The translations under genes and the position numbers were made by a program. From the IMG/VR virus record IMGVR_UViG_3300012347_000452, positions 32,001-96,000 of that record: a stretch of DNA of 64,000 nt, one strand, 5' to 3'. The DNA comes from a virus. Shown piece by piece: positions 25,690 to 35,249 of this stretch. Within the stretch, counting starts at the first letter, position 1. Each line of letters opens with the position of its first letter. The notes beneath the pieces were generated by a model that was not told the DNA's origin, searched no databases, and saw only the letters and a program-made list of their open reading frames with translations.

Positions 25690-26012
25690 GTCGCCGCTTT
25701 CATCTGAGCCTCCAGGCGGTCGTTCAGACCCCGAAGGCCGGTGGTGTTGAAGTAGAGCTTGTCGAGGGCAACGGCCATCACCTCGTAGGGCGCGGCATCC
25801 CACCGAACCGCGATCTGCTCCTCTTCCATCGACCAGTTGCCTTCGATGACACCTGCGGCGCTGATGGCGTAGGCGCTGTGCGTCATGACGCCCATCTGAG
25901 GTGTGGGGCCGTCGGTGAGGATCAGAATCGAGCTGCCCTCTTTGGTGGCTGCGATCAGCTCGGAGGTCACGCCGCGCTTGATCAGCGCATTCAATGCGTC
26001 CATGAATTTCAT
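25686..26012 (-). CDS. Hypothetical protein
   Basis: Coupled ORF. Confidence 0.6.
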   Translation of the reverse strand: MKFMDALNALIKRGVTSELIAATKEGSSILILTDGPTPQMGVMTHSAYAISAAGVIEGNWSMEEEQIAVRWDAAPYEVMAVALDKLYFNTTGLRGLNDRLEAQMKAAT

Positions 26013-26066
26013 AAGATTCTTTCTATAAGGATGGCGAAAAATCACCAAAAAAGTTGGCGCCGATTT

Positions 26067-26327
26067 TCAGTTTTTTCGTGCCAGAAAAGCCATGCACTGG
26101 TTGGACACGCTGGTGTTGTAGCCAGTCGCACACGCCAGAGCCACCGGGTCCGATGACTTGGCTATCAACTCGTCACTCGCCAGCGAACGCTTGGCCAGGA
26201 TGAAGGTCAGCGTGATCAAGGCAATCGCGATCATCGTCCAGATACTGAGCCAGAAGGCGTTCTCACCAAGCTCCAGGTGATGGGTGTGCGTCACTTTGAC
26301 GGGCACTGAGGCGTTCATGTCTGCCAT
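26067..26327 (-). CDS. Hypothetical membrane protein
   Basis: One TM segment. Confidence 0.6.
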   Translation of the reverse strand: MADMNASVPVKVTHTHHLELGENAFWLSIWTMIAIALITLTFILAKRSLASDELIAKSSDPVALACATGYNTSVSNQCMAFLARKN

Positions 26328-26541
26328 GTTGCTTCTCTCTTTCGATGAGGCTTTGCGCCTCGGTGATCATGATGATGTAGTCGCGGTCCGTCACCAGCCC
26401 CGATGTCGCCATGAAAAGCGAGTCGATGCCGGTGGAGAACTGCTCGGGGGAAATCTTGCCGCTGGTGACGGCAAGAGTCAGCCAGGCGATCGTCTCGAAC
26501 GCCTTGCGATTGATTTCGTCTTGAAGGACGGGAACGGTCAT
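26263..26541 (-). CDS. Hypothetical protein
   Basis: Starts 1 nt after upstream stop. Confidence 0.55.
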   Translation of the reverse strand: MTVPVLQDEINRKAFETIAWLTLAVTSGKISPEQFSTGIDSLFMATSGLVTDRDYIIMITEAQSLIEREKQHGRHERLSARQSDAHPSPGAW

Positions 26542-26542
26542 G

Positions 26543-26815
26543 TCAGCGGACGATGACGCGAATGGACTTGTTGTCGAACATCCGGTTCGTGCGGTAGTTC
26601 TTGCTGCCGAAGCGGTTGGTGAGAATCTTGCAAACGTGAGCCTGAGCACGCTCAATCGGCAGGTCATGAGGCGTGCGGATCAGGTATTCACCGGGGCCGG
26701 TGACTCGTTCGAGCTCCTTGAATGCCCAGGCGCTGCGGGTGCCCCTGGGGAAATGGGGCTGAGGTGGGGTTTGAGGGGCTTTTTTGCTGAAGAGGGATTT
26801 GATGAATGAAAACAT
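26543..26815 (-). CDS. Hypothetical protein
   Basis: Downstream of promoter 26859-26880. Confidence 0.6.
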   Translation of the reverse strand: MFSFIKSLFSKKAPQTPPQPHFPRGTRSAWAFKELERVTGPGEYLIRTPHDLPIERAQAHVCKILTNRFGSKNYRTNRMFDNKSIRVIVR

Positions 26816-26906
26816 AAGGCGTTCCGTTTCTTTGTTTCGTGCAATCTTGCACGCTCTAAATATAGTTCAGAAGTCACGGGCTTTATGTCACCCGTGACAT
26901 CTTCCC

Positions 26907-27542
26907 TCAGTGAACGAGCACTTTCCCGCTCATCTTGGCGTCGGCCAGCTCGGAGAACACCCGAGCCCGTGCCCGGTCCACAGAGGCTTCGAGCGCCGCA
27001 AGGCGATCTTCGCGCGTTGTGACGGCGCGTGGCATGTAGAAGTGGGTGGTCGTGAGCCGTTCATCGACCGTCAGGCCCAGGATCAGGCTGTTCAGATGCT
27101 CGATGTAGCCCTGGTTCATGGCCGCCTTGCCCGCCTCGTGGACGAGCGCGATGCCAGGCTGAACGAGCAGCACCATGCCGAAGCGCCGATTGGTGACATC
27201 GAAGCAGCTCCGGACGTAGGCGCTCAGTCGATCCTGGCAGTTGTCGGGGACTCGCTCTCCGATCGCATCGCCCAGCGTGTAGGCGGCCATGTCGAGTGGC
27301 GTTCGGTCGGTGATGAAGTCGAGCCCCGTGTACTTGGCGTAGATGGCATCGACCCGCTTGAGAATCTCTTCCTGCACGGCAAGGCGCGTGGCGAAGTCGT
27401 ATTCTTTGGCGGGGTCCAGACCCAGCTCGCGCCAGATCGCAGACACGGAGGTCTCCACGAAGGGAATCCCCCGCTTCTGCGAGAAGGCTCGGGCGAGCGT
27501 TGTCTTACCGGTCCGGTGAGCGCCGCACAACCCGATCGACAT
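26907..27542 (-). CDS. P-loop nucleotide kinase (AAA_28/NadR-like)
   Basis: IGLCGAHRTGKTT, ITDRTPLD. Confidence 0.8.
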   Translation of the reverse strand: MSIGLCGAHRTGKTTLARAFSQKRGIPFVETSVSAIWRELGLDPAKEYDFATRLAVQEEILKRVDAIYAKYTGLDFITDRTPLDMAAYTLGDAIGERVPDNCQDRLSAYVRSCFDVTNRRFGMVLLVQPGIALVHEAGKAAMNQGYIEHLNSLILGLTVDERLTTTHFYMPRAVTTREDRLAALEASVDRARARVFSELADAKMSGKVLVH

Positions 27543-28156
27543 TACGCCTTGCCTTCCAGAATGGCGCGCTCGGCTTCGGTGTCGCGGTTCACGGTGGCTT
27601 CGGCGTTGAAGACCTTGCCCTTGTTTCGCAGCTCCAGTTTGCGAATGTTCTTCTCGCGCTCCACGTCCTCGTCGGTGCCGGCAGCGTCGTGGCCCAACGC
27701 CTGATACCAGGAGATGTCGCCACCGATTTCTTCGCCCCAGCCCACGGTGTCGAACGGATGGCCTTCGAGTTGCTTGCGCACCAGTTCGATCGCCTCGCCC
27801 GACTCGGTGAAGATGCCCAACGCGGCGTGCAGCAGGCGCAGATCGACGTTCTCGGGCTTGATGTTGGCCGCTTCGGGAGGCAGGCTGTTGAAGTTGTTGA
27901 AGTCGTTGGGCGTGGCCAGGTGGTCCGACATTTCATGGATCAGACGGCCGTAGCCTGCGAGGTTCTCGGAGAGATCGCGCAGCTTGTCGCCCTCCATCGG
28001 CTTGCCGTAGAAGATCGTGCGCTTGGCCAGGTTCATGATGCTGGCGGCGTTCTCGGCCATGTTCAGCATGATGTGCAGACCGATTTCGCCGAAGTTCAGC
28101 GTGGCAGGCTTGCTCTCGGTGAGGAGAGCGCGTGATTGGTAGTCTTTGAAGTTCAA
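27542..28156 (-). CDS. MazG-like nucleoside triphosphate pyrophosphohydrolase
   Basis: F.DYQ..A..T, LG..TESGE, EE.GGD..WY, NI.KL..R. Confidence 0.8.
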   Translation of the reverse strand: MNFKDYQSRALLTESKPATLNFGEIGLHIMLNMAENAASIMNLAKRTIFYGKPMEGDKLRDLSENLAGYGRLIHEMSDHLATPNDFNNFNSLPPEAANIKPENVDLRLLHAALGIFTESGEAIELVRKQLEGHPFDTVGWGEEIGGDISWYQALGHDAAGTDEDVEREKNIRKLELRNKGKVFNAEATVNRDTEAERAILEGKA

Positions 28157-28217
28157 AATGATTCCTAAGTGAGTGATGACTTATTAAATATAGCGCGAAA
28201 TGCGCGGGGTTCTTGCG

Positions 28218-28400
28218 TCAGAAGAACAGCCCCAAGATCGAGCCCAGAGGCGCCACGATGACACCCAGGACGCGCAGGATCAGAGCGCCCGTGATGTGGT
28301 CGAAGCTCATGCCGTACAGGACGACGATGTTCATGACCCAGCCGACGATGGCCAGAACCCAGGCGATGATCATGGCGGACAAGATGGTGAGGTTCATCAT
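28218..28400 (-). CDS. Small membrane protein
   Basis: Two TM segments, GW..NI...RV.G...P.G.ILG. Confidence 0.65.
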   Translation of the reverse strand: MMNLTILSAMIIAWVLAIVGWVMNIVVLYGMSFDHITGALILRVLGVIVAPLGSILGLFF

Positions 28401-29230
28401 GCCGCTTCTCCAAACGAGGCTTCGACCAGCTTGCGGTTCTGCATCCAGCCCCGGAAGTTGCCCGACCACAAATCTGCCTCCGCCATCGGGGTTGCTTGAT
28501 GCTCAATCGGTGATGCGTGGAGGGGCACACCCCCGACCAGTCGCTCGTACAGCGCAACGTCCTTTTCGATGCTCGGTGTCTGACCGTCATGTGTGAGATA
28601 GGACACGCGAGCGCACCGGGCAGCAGAGACCTTCAGGAGCAGGTCCATGTTGTCGAAGTGCTCGGCAAGTTCGGCGCGCGTCACGTAGGGCAGATGCCAC
28701 TGACCTTCCATGAGCGTGATCGGACGCGACTCGGCGAAGGCGTGCTTCATCACCAGCGCCAGCGCGTGAATCTCGGGCTGGGCGTCAGGGTGAGCGCGGA
28801 GCTCGAAGAAGTTGTCCCACTCGGTGGCGGTGACGATGACGTGCATGTACTGATAGGGCTCGAGGATGCGGTTGGCCACCTGCTTGTGCAAGCCGATGTC
28901 AGCCATCACCTGGGCGACAGCCGCAGCGTCACGGGCCGCTTGCACCCACAGTTGCTTTGCGCCCTCACGAGCCAGCGGCCGAAGCTCTTCGTTCGCCTGC
29001 ATCCCTGCCTGGTTCTGACCCCAGTGGATCGGCATGGCGGGGTCGTTGCGGACCTGCTCGATCATCTTGGCCACCGGAATGGCGCGCGACGAGCTGGCGT
29101 TGCGGCTGAACACCCGATGCGTCATGAACTCGGCATGGATGAAGCGGGGATAGCAAAGCTGAAGGGTGGTCAGCCGCACCCCGTGATCGGCGATCGAGTC
29201 TTCGATCACCTTGGCGGTGATGGTGGTCAT
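28397..29230 (-). CDS. thyX: FAD-dependent thymidylate synthase (ThyX-like)
   Basis: EFMTHRVFSRNASSSR, AQPEI, ARCARVSY, HASP.EH. Confidence 0.85.
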   Translation of the reverse strand: MTTITAKVIEDSIADHGVRLTTLQLCYPRFIHAEFMTHRVFSRNASSSRAIPVAKMIEQVRNDPAMPIHWGQNQAGMQANEELRPLAREGAKQLWVQAARDAAAVAQVMADIGLHKQVANRILEPYQYMHVIVTATEWDNFFELRAHPDAQPEIHALALVMKHAFAESRPITLMEGQWHLPYVTRAELAEHFDNMDLLLKVSAARCARVSYLTHDGQTPSIEKDVALYERLVGGVPLHASPIEHQATPMAEADLWSGNFRGWMQNRKLVEASFGEAA

Positions 29231-29364
29231 TTTTTGTCCGTCTTTCGTTTGATGAAGTGATAGAGCTGGTGGACCTTCCAGCCCACCCATGCTCCGACGA
29301 GGATTGCGAGGCCCAGGGCGACGATCACGTCACCCCGACCGGCGAAGATGCCGACTGCGTTCAC
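29227..29364 (-). CDS. Small membrane protein (45 aa)
   Basis: GTGA/ATGA-coupled ORF filling the gap; one TM segment. Confidence 0.45.
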   Translation of the reverse strand: MNAVGIFAGRGDVIVALGLAILVGAWVGWKVHQLYHFIKRKTDKK

Positions 29365-29876
29365 GACTTGGCGCCCACCGCTTTAGGCAAGGGGAACGGC
29401 ACTTCGAGCGTGGAGGCGCACGAGCCGTCACTGCCCTTTGCAGGGTGCTTGGACCAGTTGTCGGTCGGGCTCACCATCACGCAGCCTTGAGTCGCGCTCA
29501 CGGTGGAGCACATCACGGTTGCCTTCTGAACCTCCAGGTTCTTGGTCTTGCCCTCTTCACGTTCGGTCCGCATGAAGACAACCTCTGCCCAGCCATCGCC
29601 TTGCGGGCAGGTGGACGAGTGGGTGGTGTCGGCCTTGACGATGGTTTCCCAGCCCGCGATGCGCGGATTCTGGCGCTGGTATTCGGCTGCGGAAGCGCCG
29701 GCATTTGAGCGGCCCTGGGCACGCTGCTCTTCCACGGTCTGAAAGCTGAAGGCGTTGGTCTTGTGAACCTGCCCGCCCTCCTTCATGACCTGTTCGATGC
29801 TGGGCTTGTCACCGCAGGCGGTGAGTGCGAGGGATGCTGCGACAGCGGCAAGGGTGGCGATGGCGATGCGTTTCAT
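29361..29876 (-). CDS. Lipoprotein
   Basis: Signal peptide with lipobox LTAC; AAGGAG RBS. Confidence 0.75.
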   Translation of the reverse strand: MKRIAIATLAAVAASLALTACGDKPSIEQVMKEGGQVHKTNAFSFQTVEEQRAQGRSNAGASAAEYQRQNPRIAGWETIVKADTTHSSTCPQGDGWAEVVFMRTEREEGKTKNLEVQKATVMCSTVSATQGCVMVSPTDNWSKHPAKGSDGSCASTLEVPFPLPKAVGAKS

Positions 29877-30136
29877 TGAGATTTCTCCTTGGTCGAAGTG
29901 AAGGTGCGGTTGAAGGCACTGGGGAAAATGATCAGCTTGATGAAGCCGATCAGAACGAGCAGGCCAGCCATGTCCCAGAAGTCCATGTTCAGGTAGATGG
30001 CAGGCACGAAGCTGAAGTAGGTGGGGCCGAGCCAGCCCCACAGGAAGTGCAGAGGGATGGCGATCAGCACCGCGAAGATCGCGGAGATGAGCCAGCCCAG
30101 CACGGGGATGATTGCGAACTTGGCAAGTCCTTGCAT
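29873..30136 (-). CDS. Membrane protein
   Basis: Hydrophobic; coupled. Confidence 0.65.
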   Translation of the reverse strand: MQGLAKFAIIPVLGWLISAIFAVLIAIPLHFLWGWLGPTYFSFVPAIYLNMDFWDMAGLLVLIGFIKLIIFPSAFNRTFTSTKEKSQ

Positions 30137-30145
30137 GGCCAGCCC

Positions 30146-30634
30146 TCAGTTCGCGCGTTGGGCGCGTGTGGAGGGGCCACCGGTGGGCTTTTCGCCCTTG
30201 ACCGTGGTGACGGGTGCCAAGGTCTTGGCTGCGGTCTTCTTGAGCCGAGCACAGGACAGGAACATCGCCGTCGATTCGACCTTCTTGGCCTCGTTCGCGG
30301 GCTTGGTCACATCGAAGTAGACGCAGCCGTTCAGGAACGTGGTCTTGGTCGTTGCGATGCCCTTGTGCCCGCTGATGATGTCCTGGACTTCATCGCCCAC
30401 CTTGATGTCGGTGGCTTGCGGGGCGATGGCGTTTGCGCTCACACCCTTGCTCTTGAACTTCAGGCTCACGGCGTCGATGCTGTACGCCTCCGGGAGCTTC
30501 TCGGCGCCCTTGATGGCTTTGGGCTGAACCGAGTACTGGACGTTGCCGTTGAACAGATCGTTGCGGGAGGTGATCGTGCCCTCGAAGCCGCTGGTGATGT
30601 CCGTGACGACGCAGCCGATAGTGATTTCTGACAT
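30146..30634 (-). CDS. Phage protein with two tandem SH3-like repeats
   Basis: G..V.D..SG..G........NG occurs twice. Confidence 0.75.
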   Translation of the reverse strand: MSEITIGCVVTDITSGFEGTITSRNDLFNGNVQYSVQPKAIKGAEKLPEAYSIDAVSLKFKSKGVSANAIAPQATDIKVGDEVQDIISGHKGIATTKTTFLNGCVYFDVTKPANEAKKVESTAMFLSCARLKKTAAKTLAPVTTVKGEKPTGGPSTRAQRAN

Positions 30635-30643
30635 AGGTGCCTT

Positions 30644-31036
30644 TCAGTAGGTGTGGTGGGTGAACATCATCGAGAGAGCCTGTTTGACGCTCACGTTCTG
30701 GCGGGTGGGCACGCGCAACATCACGTATGCGCCGTCGATGAAGTTGGTGAGGGCAAGGTGGCGCCCGAGCAGCTTGTCGAACTGGTCGTCTGGGTGACAG
30801 AGCGCGGTGGCGATCGCCACGACGTTGCGGCGATCGACCGCGTAGGCAATCGTCATGCGGCCCTCACGGGCGGGCACGGCGGGGCGGGCTGCGTAGTTGG
30901 TGGGGGTGATTTCGAGGAAGTGCATGCCGTTGTTGGTGGCATTGAGCACTTCGGTCTTCATGGCCTTGCGCTTTTTGCGCCGTTCGGCGGCAAAGAGTTC
31001 GGCCTCGACCTGCATCGGATGGGGGGTGTCTGACAT
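30644..31036 (-). CDS. Hypothetical phage protein
   Basis: A.CHPDDQFDK..GR..A motif; AGGAG RBS. Confidence 0.75.
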   Translation of the reverse strand: MSDTPHPMQVEAELFAAERRKKRKAMKTEVLNATNNGMHFLEITPTNYAARPAVPAREGRMTIAYAVDRRNVVAIATALCHPDDQFDKLLGRHLALTNFIDGAYVMLRVPTRQNVSVKQALSMMFTHHTY

Positions 31037-31122
31037 GGTTTCTCCTGTAGATCAGTCATTGGTGACTCATCTACTATATCGAGAAAATGCAGGGGTTTTG
31101 AACCGAGAGGTGGGAGAGTGAG

Positions 31123-31198
<76 letters not shown>

Positions 31199-31288
31199 CC
31201 ATCAACTCTGCCCTCTGGTGGGTCCAGCACTTGTTCAGCCTTCAGAGGGCAGACACTTGGCCATTCCTCTTTGAGAGGACAGAGTTGA

Positions 31289-31363
31289 TGGTTCCAGAGG
31301 GAGGTTTTGAACCTCCGACCTACCGCTTATCAAGCGGGCGCTCTACCCCTGAGCTACTCTGGA
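31289..31363 (-). tRNA. tRNA-Ile(GAT)
   Basis: Cloverleaf, loop TT-GAT-AA, GTTCAA T-loop, ACCA end. Confidence 0.85.
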
Positions 31364-31364
31364 C

Positions 31365-31439
31365 TGGTTGCGGGGACAGGACTCGAACCTGCGACCTCCG
31401 GATTATGAGTCCGGCGCTCTACCACTGAGCTACCCCGCG
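31365..31439 (-). tRNA. tRNA-Met(CAT), initiator-like acceptor stem
   Basis: Loop CT-CAT-AA, C1xA72 mismatch, ACCA end. Confidence 0.9.
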
Positions 31440-31448
31440 ATTCATCGA

Positions 31449-31505
31449 ATCTTATATAAGTTTTTGAGGGAACGCAAGTCAGTTGTGACTGATTCCCTCA
31501 AAAAA
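31449..31505 (-). promoter_or_regulatory. tRNA-cluster promoter TTGCGT-17-TAAGAT with operator (31477-31490) inside a 12-bp inverted repeat
   Basis: TTTTTGAGGGAA...TTCCCTCAAAAA; the hairpin could also terminate nrdJ transcription. Confidence 0.65.
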
Positions 31506-31507
31506 AC

Positions 31508-33955
31508 TTACGTCGCTGCCGAGAAGTCCACCGGGCAGGCGCCTGTCGAGCAGTCAACGTGCTCGAAGCCGATGTCTTCCTTGACCGACTCGGAGTCCTT
31601 GATGGCCGCCAGGATCATCTCGAACTCATGCTTGGTCACAGGCTGCTCGGGCTGGTACTCGTAGGCGGTGGTGTCGGCCTGTGGCATCACCGAGCAGCAG
31701 CGGATCGAGGACTGGCCAGCCAGCAAGGTGCGCTTGAACTCCTCGAAGGTGACGACTTTGGGGTCGTACTTCAGGGTGTAGCTCACCTGATTGCCACGTT
31801 CCTCGAGTGGGGTCACGCCGTCTTCTTCCACGCCGGTGATCCAGTACTTCTCCATGAGGCGCAGGTACTGGTACTGCTCTTCCGGAGTGGCTTCGGCGGC
31901 CGTCACCAGCTTGTCACCCATGCCGAGCGCCACGATCTCAGGCACTGTCGGGAAGCCCACGATGGTGGTGCCCGAATAGCTCTTGAGCTTGCGGATCGGA
32001 TAGCCCAACTCACGGTACTGGTCGATCAGCGGATCGTCGTTGCGGAACTGGACCCAGCGCAGGTACTCACGCATGGACGGCAGGTGCGCACCCTCGGTCA
32101 GACCGAAGAGCTTGGAGGTCGTGCCCGCTGGCTTGATGGTCGTGTTGGTGTGCGGCACCGTCACGCCCAGGGCTTCGGAGTACGACTTCGCCTCGTCCTG
32201 AACGGCACGCTTGAAGCGGCTCAGGGTCAGCCACATCGACTTCGAGACTTCCTCGTCGACCAAGTCCTTCCAGCCGAACCCGAAGCGTGCCCAGACCCAC
32301 TCATGGAAGCCGGTGATGCCCACGCCGATGCGGTTGGTGCGCTTGACCTCCTTCGCGTACAGGCTGTCCATCAGGTTGGTGCGGATGAGCGCACGGGTCG
32401 CGGTGCGGAAGGCGTCTTCGGCATCGTCGTCCCACTTGAGCAACTGCTTTGTCTCGCCAGCCAGACCCGTTGCGCCAGCGTGGTAGGGCACCACGTCCGC
32501 GATCACGCAGTAGCCGCCCAGGGCACCGAGCACGATCTCGCCGCAAGGGTTGGTGATGGTCTTGTACTGGCAGTTGCCCCAGGCTTTGGCCAGGGCGGCG
32601 GTCAGCTCCAAGGTCTCGGTGTCGAGCTTGTAGCGGGCCGACTCGGCGAAGTTGCCGTCAGCCAGCGCTTCGATGCCCTCGTCGCTCCAGGTGAGCTTGT
32701 CCACGCTGATGATGCCTGGCTCGCCGGTCTGGTCGTAGTAGGCCGCCTCGCACAGGGCGTTGAAGACTTCGTAGGCGTGAACCTGCAACTCGGTCACGGG
32801 TTCGCCCGCTTCGGCCGCCTTCACAGCGTCCCAGAACTCGTCGTCCACGGTCACGGAGTTGTTCGAGCTCCAGAGGAAGCCGCCACGTTTGACCTGCACG
32901 AAGTCCAGCACGTTCTTGTCGCGCCAGGTCTTGGTGGCCATGCGGGCTGCACGACGAGCGCCACCCACCAGCACGCACTCGGCGACATAGTGGTCGGCGT
33001 ACATCGCGGCGCGCCAGGGCGACATGCCGGCGTCACGCAGCTTGGCCACGTTGCCGATGGCGGTCATCATCGGGCCGGGGCCGGATGCGGGGCGGTTCTG
33101 CATTCCACCGATCGGGGAGCCACGGGGGCGCACCTTGCTGAAGTCCAGAATCAGGACGGTGTTGCGCTTGTCACCTCGGAAGGCCAGGTACTCCATCTTC
33201 TCCAGCGCCTTGGCCCAACCCTCGCGGCTGTCGGGCACCTCGAAGACTTCCATCTCGCGGTCGGCATACAGGTGCTTGGCCGTGCGCATGTCCAGAGCGT
33301 TGATTTCGCCCGACTGGCAGTCCTTGTGCATCATGTCGATCACGCAGACCGTCACAGGCAGGCTGTTCAGGTCGGCGCGGATCATCTCGTTGTCGTAGGA
33401 GCGACCGACACCCGAGCCGTTCAGCAGCAGGTAGAAGGTGAGGAAGGTCGAGGCTGCGGTCGAGCAGTTGGTGAACACCTCCATGTTGCGGCTCGGTTGG
33501 GTCTCGTCACCGTGTTGAAGGTGGCGGCCCGACATCAGGATCGAGGCTTGGCGCAGGTGGTGGTGCATCTTGTCGAACTCGAACGTCCGTTGACGCGCCA
33601 GCTCGGCCAGGTGGGTGCCCTCGATCTGCGGGTGGAGCATCGCGCTGCCAGTGGCCACGCGGTAGGCGACATCGGCCCATTGCTCGACTTCGATGTGGCC
33701 GATCACGGACAGGTCGGCGCGCACGATCAGATCGTCGCCATAGCTGACGTGGTAGGACTCGATGATGAGGTTGTTGGACTTGCACCATTCATCGACCTCG
33801 TGATCCAACGCCATGTCGTCGCGGCGTGGAATCTCGATGGTCTTGATGTAGGGCGCCACCAAACGGGTGACTTTGCGGTTGATAGTTCGATCCGCGACGG
33901 CATCACCAATACCTTTGGCGTAAGTTCGTGCGGGGGTTGTTGACGGCAGGCTCAT
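31508..33955 (-). CDS. nrdJ: Class II (B12-dependent) ribonucleotide reductase
   Basis: TNC, GSGVG, ASGP, GGARRAA, TNPCGEI active site, TIKPAGT, C-terminal C...ACP. Confidence 0.9.
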   Translation of the reverse strand: MSLPSTTPARTYAKGIGDAVADRTINRKVTRLVAPYIKTIEIPRRDDMALDHEVDEWCKSNNLIIESYHVSYGDDLIVRADLSVIGHIEVEQWADVAYRVATGSAMLHPQIEGTHLAELARQRTFEFDKMHHHLRQASILMSGRHLQHGDETQPSRNMEVFTNCSTAASTFLTFYLLLNGSGVGRSYDNEMIRADLNSLPVTVCVIDMMHKDCQSGEINALDMRTAKHLYADREMEVFEVPDSREGWAKALEKMEYLAFRGDKRNTVLILDFSKVRPRGSPIGGMQNRPASGPGPMMTAIGNVAKLRDAGMSPWRAAMYADHYVAECVLVGGARRAARMATKTWRDKNVLDFVQVKRGGFLWSSNNSVTVDDEFWDAVKAAEAGEPVTELQVHAYEVFNALCEAAYYDQTGEPGIISVDKLTWSDEGIEALADGNFAESARYKLDTETLELTAALAKAWGNCQYKTITNPCGEIVLGALGGYCVIADVVPYHAGATGLAGETKQLLKWDDDAEDAFRTATRALIRTNLMDSLYAKEVKRTNRIGVGITGFHEWVWARFGFGWKDLVDEEVSKSMWLTLSRFKRAVQDEAKSYSEALGVTVPHTNTTIKPAGTTSKLFGLTEGAHLPSMREYLRWVQFRNDDPLIDQYRELGYPIRKLKSYSGTTIVGFPTVPEIVALGMGDKLVTAAEATPEEQYQYLRLMEKYWITGVEEDGVTPLEERGNQVSYTLKYDPKVVTFEEFKRTLLAGQSSIRCCSVMPQADTTAYEYQPEQPVTKHEFEMILAAIKDSESVKEDIGFEHVDCSTGACPVDFSAAT

Positions 33956-34030
33956 GGAGCTCCTTGAAGGTTGGATTTTTGAAGAGGACGCGCAGTCTAA
34001 CTCAGTTGTGACTGACGCGCCATATAAGGG

Positions 34031-34612
34031 CTACCAGGCGTCTTCACTCGCCGTCATGGGAGTGTCGGGACTGGTCCTTATATTCGTTTTCACCGGCATC
34101 GACTCGTGCCACGTAGACAGAATTGGCATCGTGTTGTCGGCCAGGAGAGGTCCGGTGTGGAGCCGAGAGTGAGTCACGGCATTGAAGCCGCGTTTCACCG
34201 CCAGCTCGCCATCAGGGCATATGTTCGTGTTGCCTGGTGCAGCACCCTTGCATTTCGTTCGCAGAATGTGGGTGGTCGTATCGCTGATGAGGTCTTGCGT
34301 GGGGACAACCTCCAACATGAAGTTGGAGCACTTCGCGCACCGAGGCATGTGATCAGCCACCTCGCGGCGCATTCTTTCGGACGATTGTCTGATTCGATCG
34401 GACAGCGCATCGTTGCCAAAGCGCATTTCATCGATCCTACTCACGAGGATTTTCTCCTGGAGCACCTGACCAAAGACGGTCGGATCTTCCTCGAATGTCT
34501 TGACCTTGGGCTTGAACTCGGTCATGAACTGGTCGCGAGGATCGGTCATCTTGGCCAACCGATCCAGGTAGTCTGCGGGCCAGCGAGAGATGTCTTCAGG
34601 TAAAAGTGGCAT
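34031..34612 (-). CDS. Hypothetical protein
   Basis: GGAG RBS, own promoter; Cys motifs. Confidence 0.65.
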   Translation of the reverse strand: MPLLPEDISRWPADYLDRLAKMTDPRDQFMTEFKPKVKTFEEDPTVFGQVLQEKILVSRIDEMRFGNDALSDRIRQSSERMRREVADHMPRCAKCSNFMLEVVPTQDLISDTTTHILRTKCKGAAPGNTNICPDGELAVKRGFNAVTHSRLHTGPLLADNTMPILSTWHESMPVKTNIRTSPDTPMTASEDAW

Positions 34613-34673
34613 AAGTGGTGACTCCGTGTTGCATATGAATTATTCACGGGTGACTAAGGGGTTCAGGGTCGGG

Positions 34674-35249
34674 TCACGAGGCGACCTTCATGCCCCGGTA
34701 GATCGCCAGGGCTTGCTGGAGCTGCTGAGAGTCCAGACCGGCATTGATCGAGGCGACCGCGTCCGCAAGGTGCTCGTTGGCAGCCGTGGGCACGCGCTTG
34801 CCCTTCAGGGTTCTCATGCGCCAGGGCGCAGCGGGGAACCGGTCCATCGCCCAGTCGATCATTTCGCCCTTGGTTGCAGAGCGCACCCCGGTTGCCTTCT
34901 GTTTGACCTCCGAGGGGAACACCTGAATGAGCGGGATGGGGCATGACGCCAGCACCCCGGTCACGAGCCCCGAGTTGAAGTTGGCGCCGGCGTAGCCTGC
35001 GGGGTTGCAGAACGGAATCTCGCTGATGGCGAACGAGGCGTCCTCGCAGGCTTCGATCATGCCGGCCTGTACGATCTTGGCCCGACGCAGGTCATCGGAC
35101 TGCTTGATCACGCCCTTCTTGGACTCGCTCTCGGTCTCGATCAGGATCAGGTCATCGACCGTCCACTCCATTGTGTTGACATCGAGCGTGGCCTTGCAGA
35201 CACCCCAGTTGGACATTGATGGGTCGAAGCCCACGATTCGGATTTTCAT
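34674..35249 (-). CDS. RuvC-like Holliday junction resolvase
   Basis: IVGFDPS..NWG, SE.P, P.EVK, EHLADA. Confidence 0.8.
   Translation of the reverse strand: MKIRIVGFDPSMSNWGVCKATLDVNTMEWTVDDLILIETESESKKGVIKQSDDLRRAKIVQAGMIEACEDASFAISEIPFCNPAGYAGANFNSGLVTGVLASCPIPLIQVFPSEVKQKATGVRSATKGEMIDWAMDRFPAAPWRMRTLKGKRVPTAANEHLADAVASINAGLDSQQLQQALAIYRGMKVAS

Noticed and set aside
31559-33943. 794-aa plus-strand ORF and other long antisense ORFs (e.g. 36863-38080, 40091-41122, 60006-61166)
   Set aside because: Shadow frames of GC3-rich minus-strand genes with clear family motifs.
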